Shown piece after piece: positions 22,501-34,827 of a stretch of DNA of 64,000 bases. Origin of the DNA: Amoebophrya sp. A120. Its lineage: Eukaryota; Protista; Dinoflagellata. Both the position numbers and the translations under genes were made by a program. How positions within the stretch are numbered: position 1 is the stretch's first letter; each line of letters opens with the position of its first letter. The notes under the pieces are model-generated. The model was not told the DNA's origin. It did no database searches and was given only the letters and a program-made list of their open reading frames with translations. Location: contig CAJINV010000002.1 of assembly GCA_905178155.1 (NCBI GenBank), forward strand, positions 7,671,747 through 7,735,746, in the 5' to 3' direction.

Positions 22501-25500
22501 ATCAACAGCTCCACCGCTGATGAGTCAAGTTGTCCATTTGTGTTCCCATGGTCTTTAGCTTTACCAGTGGTCATCTGCTGCTCAACCTCCAAAGCGTCGA
22601 AATCGTCCCCATCGTGGTCTTCTTCGTCCTGCAAGCTGTACTGCGGGACCGGGTACAGGGGGGAGCTCAGGCCGCCGCCGCGTCCGAGCGGGTCCGCAAG
22701 CGGACTGGTGTGATCCACCACCACGCCAGTCAACCGGGGCGACAGAGGGCCGTCGACGGCATCCAGGGCCGCGAGGGAGGTGACCGCGTCCTCCAGTGAG
22801 GGTTTGCGGTCGCGGGACAGTGACCGGTGCTCCCGCGACAGCGAACGGTGCTCCCGCGACACAGACCGGCTGCTGGTTCGCTCGAAACGAGGCGGGTGCG
22901 GCGGCGGGGGCATCTTCGACGACTGGTGCAGGTGCTTGTTGCTACTCGGCTCCTGCTGCAGCTGCGGCTCCAGAGACGAAAACTTACCGTCTTGCTCTTG
23001 GTGCTTGCCATGCGTCTTTTCCTCAGTCCTCTTTACTGCTCGCCCACCAGAACTTCTACTTTCATTCTCCACGGCCCCGCCGGGCTTGCTTCCGACGTGC
23101 TCGTTATTTTGGTGCAGTGGTTCTAGCTTCTTTCCCCCTCCAGCGCCATCGGAACTTTGCTTCATGCTGTCGCCGCTGGAGGTGGTACCAGAACCGCGCT
23201 GGTCGTCGTGCCCCGTATTGTTCTCTCGACTTCTGTGCTTGTTCGTCGTAGCTTCTTTTTCATCTTGCAGACCAAGAATGTGTTCTGGCTTTCTCGTCTT
23301 TAGCTGCGACGCTTCCACCTCTTCTTTGTTCGAGGTGAAGGAAAACAGTACTTTGTGGTAGAGCCCCTCCTTAAAAAAGGCGATGATGCGAATGAAAAAA
23401 AAAGGGTCGGAAACCGCGTCCAAAATCGACACTTTGACCAGCACCGTGCCGGTCACTTGCCGCTTCTGTCGCGAGACGGAAAACCGTACCTCGGAAAACA
23501 AAATTTCCGGGTCGATGTGCTCAATTCGCTGCGTGAACCCGTAGTTTCGCGACGCGTCCCCGACCGCGAGAAAGTTGCGGTACTTCGTCGCCTTGAAAAT
23601 CGTCGCGAAATCCACGCGCTCGAATCTAGTTTTATGTTCGTTTCATTTTGTTCCGAAAATGCTTCAAAATGGTGTCAAGTACGATATACCAGCAGCAGCA
23701 GGAGCTGGTGCACAAACACAAAGATGAGCATGAAGATTATAATTTACATACAAGATATAACTCCTATTGCTGAGCGGTGTGAGTTAAAACTTTGCGACGG
23801 GGACGAAAATCGTCCACGCCGAGTATTTTTTTACAATTTGCAAACTTTCCAAAGCTGTCGCGGTTTGGGAAGTCGCCCAACGCCCAACGCCCAACGCCCA
23901 ACGGCTTCAAATGTTTATTGGCTTCGAGTGTTTATTTTGCGGCTTCAAATATTTCGCGGCTTCAGATATTTCGCGGCTTCAAATATTTCGCGGCTGCAAA
24001 TGTTTTGCGGCTGCAAATGTTTTGCGGCTTCAAATATTTCGCAGCTCGAAATATTCTGCAGCCCGAAATATTTTCCAGCTCGAAACATTTTCCAGCTCGA
24101 AATATTTTCCAGCTCGAAATATTTTCCAGCTCGAAATATTTTCCAGCTCGAAATATTTTCCAGCTCGAAATATTTTCCAGCTCGAAATATTTTCTAGCTC
24201 GAAAATATTTCGCAACGCAAAATATTCTGCAGGGAGGGTCACTCGGATCTGCGTGATCGCGTGGCACTTCCTTACTGAAGTCCCGAAGGAAAAAAAAACC
24301 TCAGCTGATCGCGCGTCCGAGGAGAGCAACGCGATCAGGCAGCCGAAGGTGGCGATCGCAGCCCTGCAAGCTGTACATGGATTGCCACCTATCCTACTGG
24401 GAAATCTTTCCCCTGGGTAGCCAGAATTGCTGCGCTAAACACAGCAAGTCGGGGAATACAAGCAAAATTCTCCCTCGCCGAGCCAGTACCTTCCCGCTTT
24501 CCCAATATCCCCTCACTATCCTGATACCCTCCCAGCACCCTACTGGGAAATCTTTCCCCTGGGTAGCCGCACAGCAATTCGGGGAAAACCAGCAAAATTC
24601 TCCCACCGCGAACCCGTACTCTACAAATGCCCCAATATCCCCTCATTATCCTGATACCCTCCCAGTACCCTACTGGGAGGGAAATCTTTCCCCTGGGTAG
24701 CCAGAATTGCTGTGCTAAACACAGCAACTCGGGCAAAAAAGCAAACTTTCCCCAGCCGTTGCCAATATCCTCCACATACCCTGAAGATACCCTCCCAGTA
24801 TCCTACTGAAAACCCTCTCCCCGGGTAGCCAGAATATCTATGCTGAGCGCGCCAATTCGTAAGACTAAAGAGAAGCAAACCTCTATCATCCGTTCCCAAT
24901 ATCCTGTCAATAGACCGGTAGCCCCCAACTATCCCAATCCCTTCCCGTTAGCTCAATGTCTTCCCCGGGTAGCCAGAATAGCTGTGCTAAACACAGCAAC
25001 TCGCGAAAAAAACCGAAAAGCCCCGAAATCTCCCCCGAAAATGCCCTTGGGCATCTCCAACCGAAATTCCGCCTGGATATGCCTTGGGGCGTCTTGCTTC
25101 GCCTGAAATTGCAGCAAAGCCCGCTCCGCAGATGCCTTCTCAATGTGTTTCCAGCTGGATTTCCAGATAGAAATGGAACAGGCCTCTTCAGCTGGAAATC
25201 CAGCTGGAAACACTTTGAACAGGCCAGGTGGGAAATGCATTGAGAAGGCGTCTGCAGCTGCATTTCCAGGTGGAAATGCGCTGCATCAGATGCCTTTTCC
25301 AAATGTTTCCAGCTGGATTCCCAGCTGGAAATGCATTGAAAACGTCTGCCGCCGTCTGGGGAACGCCGCCGGCGGCCAAGCACCAGGCGAGCAGCTGCCC
25401 ACCACCCTCCCCCGGCGCCCTCCCTCCGTTCGCGAAGGGAAAGTCGCGCCCCAGCGCCAGGCTTGCGCGCGAGCAGCTGCCCACCACCCTCCCCCGGCGC

Positions 25501-27090
25501 CCTCCCTCTGTTCACGAAGAGGCCGGCAGAGGGCGCCACCGTCCGCCGTCTCTGTCTTGGAGGGTGCGCGCGAGGGAAGCAGGCGGGGGCGAAACAGATT
25601 GCATGCGGGCTAACACGGGAGGCGCCGTTGCTGTCCGGGGGTGCTGGGGGAGAATGGTGGGCCCCTGCGCCTGGGAGGGAGGCAATGAATGCCCCGCCCC
25701 GGCGCCCGTCTATCTTCCATCCACACGCGCGGCAGGGGCCCCAGCGCGCCCCCGTTCTGCAAAGCCGCGCGCGGGAGCAGGGCGGGGGGCACCAAGGCGC
25801 ACAGGGGCGGGGCACACAGGCAGGCGGCACGAACGGGCCACACCACAAACGCGCGGGCGGGGCGTCACGCGCCAGCGCCTCGCATGGCGCGGACTGTTCC
25901 CCTGCTTCCTTCCCCCGTCCACTGGCGGCCGCCCGCTGCCGCGCTTTGCGTTGTTGCTTGGGCCTAAGGCTTGCCGCCACGCAAACGCGCGCCCAGTGCG
26001 GGCGGGGTCCTCGCGCTCGCACAACGACGGGAACCACGGGCGCCATGGCGCTCCGCCTTCGTTCTTTCAGCAAGAGGGGCGCAGATGCCTGGCCCCGCCC
26101 TGCGTCAAAAATTTTCTCCCTTGCCCCTCTGGCGTTTTTCTTTCCCCCCCGTCCACTCGTTCACCCTCCCACTGCGCGACATAAGTTGCGGCCTTGTAGA
26201 ATTGTCCCTAAGATCGTCCTGCGACACAGAGCATTTCTTTCTTGACCTCCGCGAAGAAAAAAACATTGATATGGTACTGCGAAAAATTGACGAACTCCCC
26301 CGTTCGAACGTCTCGCAAATTCGCGCATCCTCGGGACTGGGGTGCGCCGCAGCGGCCAGGCTCGAAATCGATGTTATCGTCAAAGAAAAACACGAGCTTG
26401 TTGCAGTTTTCTTTTGTAGTGGTCCCACGAGTTGGATAATTGTTGGCGTCGCGGTTTCCAGCAAATTCACTGCTCCCTCCTCTTGACGGCAAAGGACTTC
26501 TTCCGCTATCGTCCACTTTTTGCCGCTTTCTCGCGTGAGATATGCATGTGCCAAGACCCAGTTTTACCGCACACGCAGGAGATACAAAATAGAACAAAGA
26601 ACGAACAACGATACTGTCACTACTACGGTCGGAGCGGACTGATCTTCGTGTTTATGTTCATCGGCACTGTTGGCACAATTCCATTTCTGTGTACTACGTG
26701 GACGACAAAATAAATTTTCCAGTGGGTATGGGACGACGGCGACGCTGGGTCTCTTTCCAGTTCATCTGCAGCTTTGCTGTTTTTCTCTCCCGTGCCCTCA
26801 TTCCGGCCCACTTCAACCGGTCTGGTACTACTTGTAGGACCCGAAGGACTGAAGCCGGGCGAGGAAGGAGCGGGAGTAGCGAAAACTGGGACAAATTTTC
26901 CATAGCCGTTCCGCTCGTGGTGCTGGTGCCAAGTGTGGTAGTCGAAGACGGTGGTGTGCAAGCCCCGCAGGGGCCCGATCTGCTCCAAATACTCAGCGAT
27001 GGCAGGTTGCAGCTCAGCGACATCCTCGTGTTGTAAGGAGAAAGCTTTCTTCTCCGCCGAGAGCGAGGCTCCTGCCGCGCCCGCGGACAT
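19556..27090 (-). CDS. HAD-superfamily-like hypothetical protein with apparently permuted motif order; exons 27090-26735, 26481-26278, 23625-22384, 22221-~21460, ~21342-20069, 19640-19556
   Basis: Frame-preserving junctions: TC|GTCC...AAG|A; CA|GTACC...TAG|A; AG|GC...CAG|A (GC-AG); GC|GTAAGT...AAG|C. Motifs DYHTW...GYGK, LVFFFDDNI, LILMDINKT and LMLYTFGPD. The junction near 21,400 and the last exon are uncertain; the gene could stop at 20065. Confidence 0.65.
23876..24230. repeat. (CCCAACG)x4 followed by a 17-bp minisatellite
   Basis: The unit shifts along the array from AAATATTTCGCGGCTTC to AAATATTTTCCAGCTCG. Confidence 0.95.
24385..25010. repeat. Degenerate ~130-150-bp tandem repeat, ~5 copies
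   Basis: Recurrent CCTACTGGGAAATCTTTCCCCTGGGTAGCCAGAATTGCTG(C/T)GCTAAACACAGCAA. Confidence 0.85.
25130..25510. repeat. Cluster of TTCCAGCTGGAA palindromes plus a ~38-bp direct duplication
   Basis: CCAGCTGG cores at 25151-25330; GAGCAGCTGCCCACCACCCTCCCCCGGCGCCCTCCCTC at ~25389 and ~25471. Confidence 0.85.
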
Positions 27091-28133
27091 GATATTTAGC
27101 AAAAACAATCCGCCTGCAGTTCTTCCCGCCTGTTCGATTATCAACTAACGAAAACCGACTTACTACGTGAAGAAAGTCCAGCCAAGAAAAAGCGAGCCTA
27201 CACTTGTTGTTTTCACCCGGATAAAAAAGCGAGTTTCCGACTTGGTGCACCTTCATTTTGGAAGAATTGTCTTGAGGCTTTCAGATTTGAATTTGATTGT
27301 CTTAAGCCATGCTTTTCAATTCAACTTGGCACTTCTAGCTTTCCTTCGCCTTTCGCACGTGATCAAAATACTTTTCTTGCAGCTCTGTTTATTGCACCAA
27401 CAAGGCTGCACTTTGGTTCATGGTGCGTGCTGCAGTAGTATTTGCGTTGGGAAATGCAACTACAACGGCCATATTACTGGAGCTCCAAGAACACCTTTGG
27501 TGAGAGCCACAACTTCATTCAGTACCAGTGGTGCGGCCTCATGTTCTAGTCATTGAAAGCAATACAGGTGACCTGCTGAATCAGGCTCGATGTATCAGCG
27601 GTGGCGAACACAAACAGACCAGGAACAAATTACCACCTCCACAGGAAGCAGAAGAGCAAGCTACAACAAACCAGCTGCGCATGATGCTTCACTGATTTAT
27701 TGATGATGAGCATCAGCTGCTAATTTACATTTTCTTGCTGTCATCAAAACAAAGAACAAAATCGATGACAACTTGTTGTCGGCCTTCGCCTTCTTCTTCG
27801 CGTCGCAATTAAAATAACTGATGAGGAAAGTACTATGGTAAAAAAACAATGACTCCGGATTGGGATACCGATCGAGATGGCTCTATCACAATGAATCATA
27901 AAGCGCACAAGTGCCAAGTCGAAATAAATATTTTCGCGAAGCAAAAGCTCCTCTCCAAGTCCAACTTCAAATAAAAGAATCGTACATGAAATCTTTGAAG
28001 ATCTTGTAGCGGGAGCTAGCAGGCGCATATGATGTGAGGAGGACACCTGCGTGCTGTAGTGCCCTTCTAGTTTTTGCCCACTGATCAGGGAGGTACTAGT
28101 GTGCCATGATGGTTCATTTCACTTCATCGGTAG

Positions 28134-30473
28134 TTAGATGCCTGTCGTCTTGGTTGTATTAAGGCCGCTTGGTGCGGCCCGCGTTCGTGCAAAATTTGCG
28201 GACCCTGCCGCCTTCTTCCCTGGCAATTGCAGACGATTGGACTCGCGCAAGTTCTGCTGCATGGCGTTCCACCGAGATTGGTACTCCTTCACCGTCATGG
28301 TCCGCCCGAGCCCCCGTGGAGGCGCTCCGCCAGACCCCGCTCGGAAAGTTGTAATGCTCCCCGCCGCGCCACCCTGCTGAGGTGGTAGATCACGAGCAGC
28401 ATCGTCGCCTTGAATGGTTTGTACCGCTGATCCCTCCCCCAGCGCGCGGGGAGATGTGGTTGCGCCGAAGGGTGGCTCTCCTCCTAAAGGTGCAGGTGAT
28501 GACAACGGGTAGGACTCGTTGTTCTCTGCTGCGTTACCAACCCTGGCTCGCCTCTCCTGCCCTCCGCGCTGTAGTTCCTCCTCCACCGCCGTGGCGAACC
28601 TCACTCCCGTCTCTCGCTGGGCTCCCACGGCACGCGCGGACGGACGAGATGTTTTGGTGACGAGAGGGCTGTTTTCAACATTTCCCCCTACAACTGGGTC
28701 GCCTGGGTCGCCAGTCGCCGCACCAGGCGGCAGAGTGTAGTTGCTTTTGGCAAAGACTCTATTACTCTTTGTGCTTGTCTCGTCCTCTACGATAGCTGCA
28801 TTGTCCTCGGCAACGTCGTTGTCCTCATCTTCATCCACTTGCTGTTCTTCTTGCGAGCTGGCTACCGGCTCTACTTCCTGCTCGTCCCGCCCCGACGAGT
28901 AGGCGGTGGCTTCCGCGGCCGAACCTCTTGACAGCGGCCCGTGATCGCGCAAAAGCTTGTCCACCCCCTGCATCAAAGTCTCATCGTCTTCTTGCTCCTC
29001 GCCGTCCGGGGACGACGAGGTTGCCGATGCGACGCCCAGCTTCTTCAGTTTAGTCAGCGGACCTACGTCCTGATTCAGGATTTGCAGCATGTCCTCCATG
29101 TCGTAGCGACGGAGCACCTCCCGCTCCTGCGGCGACAGCACCGGATTTGCCTCGCTTGAGGCCGCACTAGCAGTCTCATTCTCTTCTCCTTCGCCATCCT
29201 GTTGCGCAACATCGCGGAGCGGACCACCTTCTCTTCGTGGTCGACCTGGAGCAGGGCTGCTTGCGCTACTGCTCCCTGCCGCTACCCTTAGCTGCGCCGT
29301 TTCCGGCGTGGATTGCGGCACATTTGGCGGTGTGACGGGCTCGACGACTTGTTCCCTGCGCTCTTGTTGCGAGGCGGATCGCAGAAGATCCCCGATCTGC
29401 TCTTCCAGCGCCTCCTGCTCCTTCCCGCTGGGCCGCGCCTTCAACTGCAGCAGCAGAGAGGTATCTTGCGAGGGAGACGCAGATGATCCAGGAGACGCCT
29501 TGTGATGATGTTGGTGAGCACCATCTTCCTCTTCTTCTTGCTTACTAGTCAGCATGGTCTTACTTTCTGCCGGAGTAGTTTGCTTACTGAATGCGCTGAT
29601 GCGCTTCGTACCATCGCCGCTGCCGCGGTCGTCGGAGAGTGTACTTTCCGCATCATCAGCAGCTCTTTCCGTTGTAGCAGTTCCAGCATTTCCGCTACCG
29701 TAGTAAACTTTTTTCCCGTAGTCGATAGCCGTCTTGACGATTTTGTGTCCCTTTTCGTACATTTCCCGCGGAGTGGGCAGCTTCTGTGGCATGTAATCTA
29801 TAACGTAGTCCCTGCTGTAGTAGTTTTTGTTCTGACCACCGTAGTTGTCGTAGTTGTGATTCGCGCCACCACGACCCCGTCCTCCCCGTCTGCGTCGCCG
29901 GGATCTTGTTCCACTTCCTGATTCCTGACTGTTGCTGCTCGACAGCTCTCCACTGCTCTCCACGGAGCTCGCCCCGCTCATTTGCGACGCGGCCTCGTCC
30001 TCTTCCAGCTCGTCAACCTTGCTCCTGTTGGTGATTTCGATCGCGGGTAACAGGCCACTCTTCAAATCATCCTCGTCGTCCTCCTTCGGACGCGACGAGG
30101 CTGCTACAACAACGTCGCGTTCTTCGTAGTCATAAGAATCGCTTTTCTCCTTCTTTTTCTTCTTTTTGGAATAATTTTCGTCATAATTGTAGGACGAATT
30201 CGAATCGTAGTCGTAGTCCTTCTTCTTCTTTTTCTTTTTGATTTTGTCTCCACCTTCGCCCTTTGTTCCGGCCTCTATTCGTACGGTCTTGGCTGCTTTC
30301 GTCGAACTCGATCCTGGTGGTGGTGCACCACCTCCGTCGGAGTCATATTTTTGTTCCTCGCGGTAGTCTACCTCATCGGTGTTCTCGACTCGATTCGCCT
30401 CCTTCTTGTTCTTTTTCAACTCTTTCGCGCTTTTTCTGTATCCAAGGGAAAGCGATCTTGGGAATGGACTCAT
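28134..30473 (-). CDS. Low-complexity Lys/Glu/Ser-rich hypothetical protein (779-aa ORF), probably the last exon of the upstream gene
   Basis: Long open frame with poly-K and acidic tracts. It can be joined in frame to the 30818-31600 exon. Confidence 0.6.
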   Translation of the reverse strand: MSPFPRSLSLGYRKSAKELKKNKKEANRVENTDEVDYREEQKYDSDGGGAPPPGSSSTKAAKTVRIEAGTKGEGGDKIKKKKKKKDYDYDSNSSYNYDENYSKKKKKKEKSDSYDYEERDVVVAASSRPKEDDEDDLKSGLLPAIEITNRSKVDELEEDEAASQMSGASSVESSGELSSSNSQESGSGTRSRRRRRGGRGRGGANHNYDNYGGQNKNYYSRDYVIDYMPQKLPTPREMYEKGHKIVKTAIDYGKKVYYGSGNAGTATTERAADDAESTLSDDRGSGDGTKRISAFSKQTTPAESKTMLTSKQEEEEDGAHQHHHKASPGSSASPSQDTSLLLQLKARPSGKEQEALEEQIGDLLRSASQQERREQVVEPVTPPNVPQSTPETAQLRVAAGSSSASSPAPGRPRREGGPLRDVAQQDGEGEENETASAASSEANPVLSPQEREVLRRYDMEDMLQILNQDVGPLTKLKKLGVASATSSSPDGEEQEDDETLMQGVDKLLRDHGPLSRGSAAEATAYSSGRDEQEVEPVASSQEEQQVDEDEDNDVAEDNAAIVEDETSTKSNRVFAKSNYTLPPGAATGDPGDPVVGGNVENSPLVTKTSRPSARAVGAQRETGVRFATAVEEELQRGGQERRARVGNAAENNESYPLSSPAPLGGEPPFGATTSPRALGEGSAVQTIQGDDAARDLPPQQGGAAGSITTFRAGSGGAPPRGLGRTMTVKEYQSRWNAMQQNLRESNRLQLPGKKAAGSANFARTRAAPSGLNTTKTTGI

Positions 30474-30817
30474 CGAAGCAAAATAACTCTATTCTGTATC
30501 AAATGTCCTCCGGTGGATGGACGAGACTTCTTGGTATGCCCGTTGACACGATCCACTTTTTCTCAGTTCGTTGAACAGTTGAGAGCTGAAGGAACGAAAA
30601 AGATTCCGCTGCATCATCAAGCTCACGTAAAGATTACATGGGGGCAGGGCGGGGCAGCAGGCTGACAACAAAGCATACTAATCGAGACAACCTCGCGAAA
30701 TATGAGCGGTACAACATGCAAAGCAACAGACAAACTCATCTTCTAGGTTCCGGTTTTGTCTGATCTTGATCTTCTCGGTGATGAATCAGTATCAGCGAGC
30801 TGTTTTCTATGGATACC

Positions 30818-33262
30818 CTACGCCAGTATAGTACTATTGATGTGCTTCGATTCAATCCCCCCCGAGACCACGACGTTGCGCTCGCTTAGGATCCGCTCCA
30901 GCTGCTGCTCCACGCGGTCGAAGCGGGCAAGCAATTTTTCCAGATCCGACGGCGAAATCTTCACTGCCTCGTGTTTGTTCCGGCTTACCACTTCCTCGGC
31001 GAGGTCCTTCGCGTTGGGTATCTTCTTCTCGTGCTCCTGCACCAAGCGCTCGTGCAGCGACTCCGCCTGCTTCTTGAACTCCTCGCTGCGCAGGTAGTGA
31101 TGGTGCTTGTGCACCTGCTCCTGCAGGTACTCGGCCCGCTCCTTGTGGATGTGCAGCTCGTGCTCGTGCACATTCTCCTGCTTTTCCAGCACCAGCTCCA
31201 CCGTTTCCACCAGAAACGAGTGCAGTTCTTGCTCTTTCTGCTTCAGCAACTTGAGCAAAATGGCGAGCTCTGTGTCGGACTCCTGCTTTTCGGTGTACAG
31301 ACGCTCCAAAGCGTCGACCAATTCCTTTTGAAACTCCTCCTGGTAGTTAAGCTGTTGCAGGCTGAATCGCTGCATGATCTCGTCCTTGGCCACCTGCTCG
31401 CGCTGGTAGGACTGCTTGTGCAGCAGAGCCACCTCAGCGTGGTCCTGCTTTTCCAAATAGCACTTGGTGAGCAGCAAATAGTGTTCGAGCAGCATCCGCG
31501 CCGCGATCCCGGTTTCGGTGTCAGCCTGCAGCACAAAAGGCAGGATGTCTTCTACAACTGACTTCGCCAGCCGCTCGTCCGCGGCCTTCAGCAGTGCCAA
31601 GTCCGCAAGCAGCGCGAGCGGAATCTCTGCTTCTCCGAATAAATGCAGCGGTGGCGCGCCGGTGCTATTGTAGAACGAGCCGGGTGCCGGAGCTGCGATC
31701 GTGGAAGATACGGCTGGTGCGACTCCGCCCCCAGTGGATACTGGACCTGAAGATGATACATTTGCGGTCGTAGTTCAGTCTGTAAACACGCTCATCCTCG
31801 TTCTCCTTCTCTTTCATATTCGTCGGTTCCAAAAAAGTACATTAAACACATGCAAATAGATCAATCACAATGACCTTGTCCAGCAACAGGAACGTCGCAC
31901 TGGTGGAGACAAGTCAGTCGCTAGCCGTAGTCTGTCTTTCCAAAAAATTTCTAGGCGTAGTCAAGTCTTTTGTCTGCACACGGACCGTATAACATTCTCA
32001 TTGATCGGTGAAAGTGCGCTCGATGCTTCTACGTCTTCTATCTAGGCCTACAACGATTGATCAATTAGCCCTAGTGGAGTACCTCCATGATGGTAATTTT
32101 CCTCCCCCGCGCCACTAGCAACGCCGGCATCGTGGTCGCTGTAGAAAAGTTGCAGTCCCGTCGACGAGGACCCGACATGCGCCGTCCGTTCGTGTTCAGG
32201 TATCATCACGTTGCTCTCTGCGCCACTTCTGCCTCCCCTTTCGCCGCGCAGATGGTAACCCAAGTCCTCTCTGCGCCCCAGAATGCGGTCGATGCTGCGG
32301 CGGGTGTCTCGATCCAGAATATCGTCCTCCTCGAAATCCTCTTCGGCGGACGAGGAACCGGAGGTAGAGTAGTCGGCGTCCTCCCCGTCGTCGGATGAAA
32401 GCAAGTCCGCATCGCTGTCGTCGCCGCCCTCTACTTTCAACAGAAAATCACTGCCTTCCGCCGCCTCGCCCTCCGCGGTAACTGGTTGATGTTGATATTG
32501 CTCTTGCTGGCTTCCCACCTGCTTAGGAACCCAGTACATTTTCTTGCGATTCTTGTTGCGCCGCCGCCTTCGCCGCCCGCCCGCCCCGCTTCGCGGGGTA
32601 CTGCTTGTGGACTCTGCGCCAGAGGAAAGAGCGTCGGAGGACAAGAGATCCTCGCCCTCCTCGTGGTCCCCCGAGCCAGCAAGTTGGTCGGTATTTTCGC
32701 CACGAGAGCCCACTCGCTTCCCCTCTAAAGCGGCCATCGCGGCTTGGCGCCTCGCGTTCGCAGCCTTCCTTCGCTTCCGCCCAGGTCGCCCGCGCGAACG
32801 CTGCGGTGTCATTGTCCCTTCGAGGGGCTTTGCGGTGGAGGAAAAGTCGCCTTGTTGGCCTGACATCGCTGCACTTCGACCGGTGCGTTCGGCGGCTGAG
32901 GACCTGCGGTGCGGAGCAGAAAGCGCTCGACCACTGCCCCCCGCAACAAGGTGGCGAGAAGATCGGGCTACGTTCTGTTCCGCCGCTTGCAAACTTTCGG
33001 CCAGCCGCGATTCGATGGTGTCTAGGCTCATTTGCTGCGTGACGAAGTCCAACGCCTCTGGCGTGAGGTGCTCCAGCCACCGGAGCGTGACCGCGTGCTC
33101 CTGCCCCGCCAGCTTCGCCAGGATGCCCTTGTGCCGCGCCTGCTGCTCGCACAGCACCAGAAACTCCCGCCGCCGGTTGGTGACCAACTGCTGGTGGTTG
33201 CGAATCTCCTCGCCCTGCTGCCGCAACTGCTGCAGCCCATCTTGCACGAAGTCAATACCCAT
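30818..33262 (-). CDS. Coiled-coil hypothetical protein; exons 33262-32083 and 31746-~30850
   Basis: GT-AG intron 32082-31747 (G|GTACT...TTCAG|GT, phase 1); heptad-rich E/Q/L/K segments. A further upstream exon (~33330-33520) is possible. Confidence 0.65.
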
Positions 33263-34827
33263 GGTTTTTTAGACGCTGTTCCTTCAGCCGCCAGCGGCCT
33301 TTTCCGCAAAAAATTGTAGAGACCTACTTGTTTCTTACGAGATCGTCGGAGCGGTGGCTGTTTCGCTGGTGAATCCAAGCCTCCGCACCTTCCGCTTCCT
33401 TTTCGGTTTCGTACAAGGTGGCCTTGCTGTCGTTCCTTTCCGCCGGCCTTAGTGCTAGTTCAACACCCCAACGGCTCCTGGCGAGGGGTACTCCAGTCCG
33501 GAAGAAACCTATCACTTCTGTGTACCACGCAAGGAAAGTGAAAGTGTTACGCAAACGCGATCATACTTGTAGAGACAACTCAGATTCCCGCTTCGGGTCC
33601 GGGGGCAGATCGCTGAGTATGTCATTTGAAATTGAAAATCTTAGCAGCTTACGGCTGAGACGAAACTAGAACTGCGCGCTCCGCTTTGATTGAATCGTAG
33701 TACAATTGAATTGTAGAAGACTATAAGGACAAAGCTCTTCTACTTCAAAAAAGGGGAGGAGTGTTTCAAATTGAAATTGCGCTAAAAGTGGATCTGCAAC
33801 TGCAAACAAAGTCGGTCAGTAGCGCACGAAAATTAACTGTTGATTGGCATGGATTTGGATGGGGCCCGTCATCTTCGAAGTTCAATAAAAACGTTTGTAC
33901 ATGTAATTAGATATCAGGTAGCTGTAAAAACTGATTGGTTTGTAGTTGTGCAACACGACATTTGGAAGAGTTCAGAGTTCCAGTCAGCAACCCGTTGCCA
34001 TGGTCAAGAGCAGATCACCACTCCCCGTGCACAAGTAGAGCGCTGCTTTCAAACTCAGCCCGTTGCTCGCAACTGATTGTGTGCGAGTTCCTGTCTAAGG
34101 TATGCAGCTAATCCTAATTGCTCTATCGCACGAAAAATTTGTAGAACGGCACGAAAGAGGATAATAACTCGAACGTGGGAAACTGTCACCGAGGACGTCG
34201 CGCTTCCTTCATCTAGTACGAAGATCGTGCACGATACCAACAACGATGACGAGAAGTAAATTCAAGCACGGACGAAAAGTCACGAAACGTCGAACGAAAC
34301 AAAACTGGACGAGAACAAAGAGCCACTTCTTTCTTGCAGCCCGAAGAAAGGTCAGTGAACCACGAAACGCAGGTGGAAGAGGAGACGCTACACACAGTCT
34401 GTGGTTGCAGCAGGAATTACAGCTACAAAATCGAAATTGATATTGCACTTCAAATTTCTGAGGGAATTCGATCGACGTTTTTGAAACGCGGCCGCTTGGA
34501 AGTCGGAATCACAAAGCTGTCTTAGTCTTTGACCTGAAAGAATGTATGATCCCTGTGAAGCAAGAGAATGTAGATGTACAACTACAATCTGCCAACATAA
34601 ACATTTGGATTCGCCTGTCAACGTACTTTGTCGTGTGCAGCTCTCCTGCGCAACGGTGAATTACTTCTCGTTTGCACACTCGGTCCCAGCGTCATGATAC
34701 TGCTTTGGCTCTCTGGAGAGCCCCATACTCAGGTAGTGTACCTGATTGAATTTTGTTTTTTCACCAGTCAGTGCTTCTATTTAATCTGGATTGTCGTTCC
34801 TTCATCTGTTTTAGTCAGGCGAACTCT

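Larger units (their letters stand above)
23626..26277 (-). other. 2,652-nt GT-AG intron containing a second composite repeat element
   Basis: Removal joins ...RDVRTGEFVNFSQ to FERVDFATIF in frame (phase 2). Confidence 0.75.

Noticed and set aside
23792-26245. Repetitive ORFs (for example FPARNIFQLEIFSSSKY) and GC-rich ORFs of up to 388 aa
   Set aside because: Translations of a 17-bp minisatellite and a GC block; no protein motifs; intronic.
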